Below are positions 60,927-62,222 of a stretch of 62,222 nucleotides of DNA, piece by piece. The first letter of the stretch is position 1, and each line of letters opens with the position of its first letter. The DNA lies in NCBI GenBank assembly GCA_947448865.1, contig CANFOW010000004.1, positions 1 through 62,222 on the forward strand, written 5' to 3'. A program made the position numbers and the translations under genes. Below the pieces are notes generated by a model. The model was not told the DNA's origin, made no database searches, and saw only the letters and a program-made list of their open reading frames with translations. The stretch is from Actinomycetota bacterium. Lineage in GTDB: Bacteria > Actinomycetota > Actinomycetes > S36-B12 > UBA5976.

Positions 60927-61694
60927 ATGGCAAATCCCACTCATCGTTTCGCAGACAAAGTAGTTGTTGTGACAGGAGCTGGTGGCGGTATCGGCACAGC
61001 AATTAGTCAACGCTTCGCATCCGAAGGCGCTCAAGTCATCGTCACAGACTCACACCTCGAGAACGCCAATGCCACCGTTGCGTTGATTCATGCGGATGGA
61101 GATCGCGCAGTAGCAATCGGCGCAGACATTTCTCAGGGCGACGAGTGTCGCACCTTGATAGACACAGTCATGGCAGACTTTGGCCGTATAGATGTGCTCG
61201 TGAACAATGCAGGCATTAATCGACGTGGACCGCTTCTTGAACTATCTGAAGACGACTGGCACACAACAATGGCCGTGAATGTTGATTCCATGTTTTATCT
61301 GTGTCGTGCTGCAATTCCACACATGATGACCCAAGGTGGCGGCGCAATTGTGAATACTGCTTCGCAGTGGGGTTTGCATCCCGCTCCAGGACACATTGCA
61401 TACAACGTGTCAAAAGCGGCTGTCGCAGCCTTCACACAAAATCTTGCACGTGATTACGCGCCTCATAACATTCGCGTTAACGCAGTGTGCCCTGGCGAAA
61501 TCGGAACTCCAATGTTACAAAAAGCTGCCGAACGTAAAGGACTCACTTTTGCGGACTTCGACAAAATGGTTCCATTCGGTCGAATTGGAAAACCAAGTGA
61601 AGTCGCTGCACTCGTTGCTTTTCTCGCGTCAGATGAAGCAGCCTTCATGTGTGGGTCACTCGTTGAGATTACGGGAGCACAACCGGTCGCGTAG
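60927..61694 (+). CDS. Short-chain dehydrogenase/reductase
   Basis: TGAGGGIG, NNAG and YNVSK motifs. Confidence 0.92.
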   Translation: MANPTHRFADKVVVVTGAGGGIGTAISQRFASEGAQVIVTDSHLENANATVALIHADGDRAVAIGADISQGDECRTLIDTVMADFGRIDVLVNNAGINRRGPLLELSEDDWHTTMAVNVDSMFYLCRAAIPHMMTQGGGAIVNTASQWGLHPAPGHIAYNVSKAAVAAFTQNLARDYAPHNIRVNAVCPGEIGTPMLQKAAERKGLTFADFDKMVPFGRIGKPSEVAALVAFLASDEAAFMCGSLVEITGAQPVA

Positions 61695-61710
61695 TGACTA
61701 GTACTCACTC

Positions 61711-62222
61711 ATGACCATGAACATTGTCATTGTCTTCGTCACTGGAATTGTCGTTGGTGTTATCAACGGTCTTGCTGGTGGTTCGTCGATTATTTCTTAC
61801 CCTGTGCTCATGGCTGTGGGCCTAAATCCGCTGAGCGCTGTGGTCACAAATGCTGTTGGAGTAACGTCAGCGAATTTTTTTGCTCTTCGTGCTCACAAAA
61901 TTCCTTTTAAGAAATTGGTTCGCGATAATTCGACGCTCATTATCGTGTCAATCATTGGCACAATTGCCGGTGCACTCACACTCTTGAGTCAACCCATGAC
62001 TGTGCTAGAAAAAGTCATTCCGTTTCTCCTCTTGCTCGCATCGGCTACGTTGTTAATACCAATACCTGACCATGCAACAGGATTAAGTTCTCGAAATGAG
62101 CACGTTGCAATTTTTGGAACTGGACTGTACTGCGGATACTTTGGACCAGGACAAGGCTTGATGGTCCTCGCCACACTTGCTCGAGACGCACGTCGATCAC
62201 CGGCCACGTTAAACGTCACGAA
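61711..62222 (+). CDS. TauE/SafE-family exporter, truncated by the window end (not in ORF track)
   Basis: VVGVINGLAGG..I.YPVL..GL..TN and G.Y.GYFG.GQG motifs; frame is open to the window end. Confidence 0.82.
   Translation, partial: MTMNIVIVFVTGIVVGVINGLAGGSSIISYPVLMAVGLNPLSAVVTNAVGVTSANFFALRAHKIPFKKLVRDNSTLIIVSIIGTIAGALTLLSQPMTVLEKVIPFLLLLASATLLIPIPDHATGLSSRNEHVAIFGTGLYCGYFGPGQGLMVLATLARDARRSPATLNVT

Overview
This 62 kb window looks like the chromosome of a compact, roughly 50% GC actinobacterium. The actinorhodopsin-type fragment, leaderless promoters and Streptomyces-like synteny suggest a freshwater-type lineage (inference). The left part (1-26 kb) holds queuosine salvage genes (tgt, yhhQ), a histone-like protein, metF, argG, an ABC-F ATPase and many N-compound genes (agmatine deiminase; a GcvT-family oxidoreductase-ureohydrolase-DUF1989-pxpABC run; an APC permease). 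The middle part (about 26-38 kb) is accessory DNA downstream of the RNase P RNA gene (rnpB, 37706-38079, minus strand). The last ~30 nt of rnpB recur as direct repeats at 36022-36050 and 32925-32955. They delimit two integrase-less cargo segments: a DUF285 surface-protein gene, and an HDAC gene plus head-to-head fused gene stumps. Further accessory genes and a 5'-truncated rhodopsin lie beyond them. The right part (38-62 kb) is conserved actinobacterial backbone: RNB, yaaA, RNase HI, zinc-ribbon protein, tRNA-Val, peroxiredoxin, DUF3052, aceE, fasR-fabD-fabH-acpP-fabF-accD and DUF3145, then PAP2, GNAT-OSBS/NSAR, SDR and TauE. The most notable finding is that rnpB appears to be a repeatedly used integration site that accretes cargo in tandem. 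All family assignments come from motif recognition by eye; no database searches were run.
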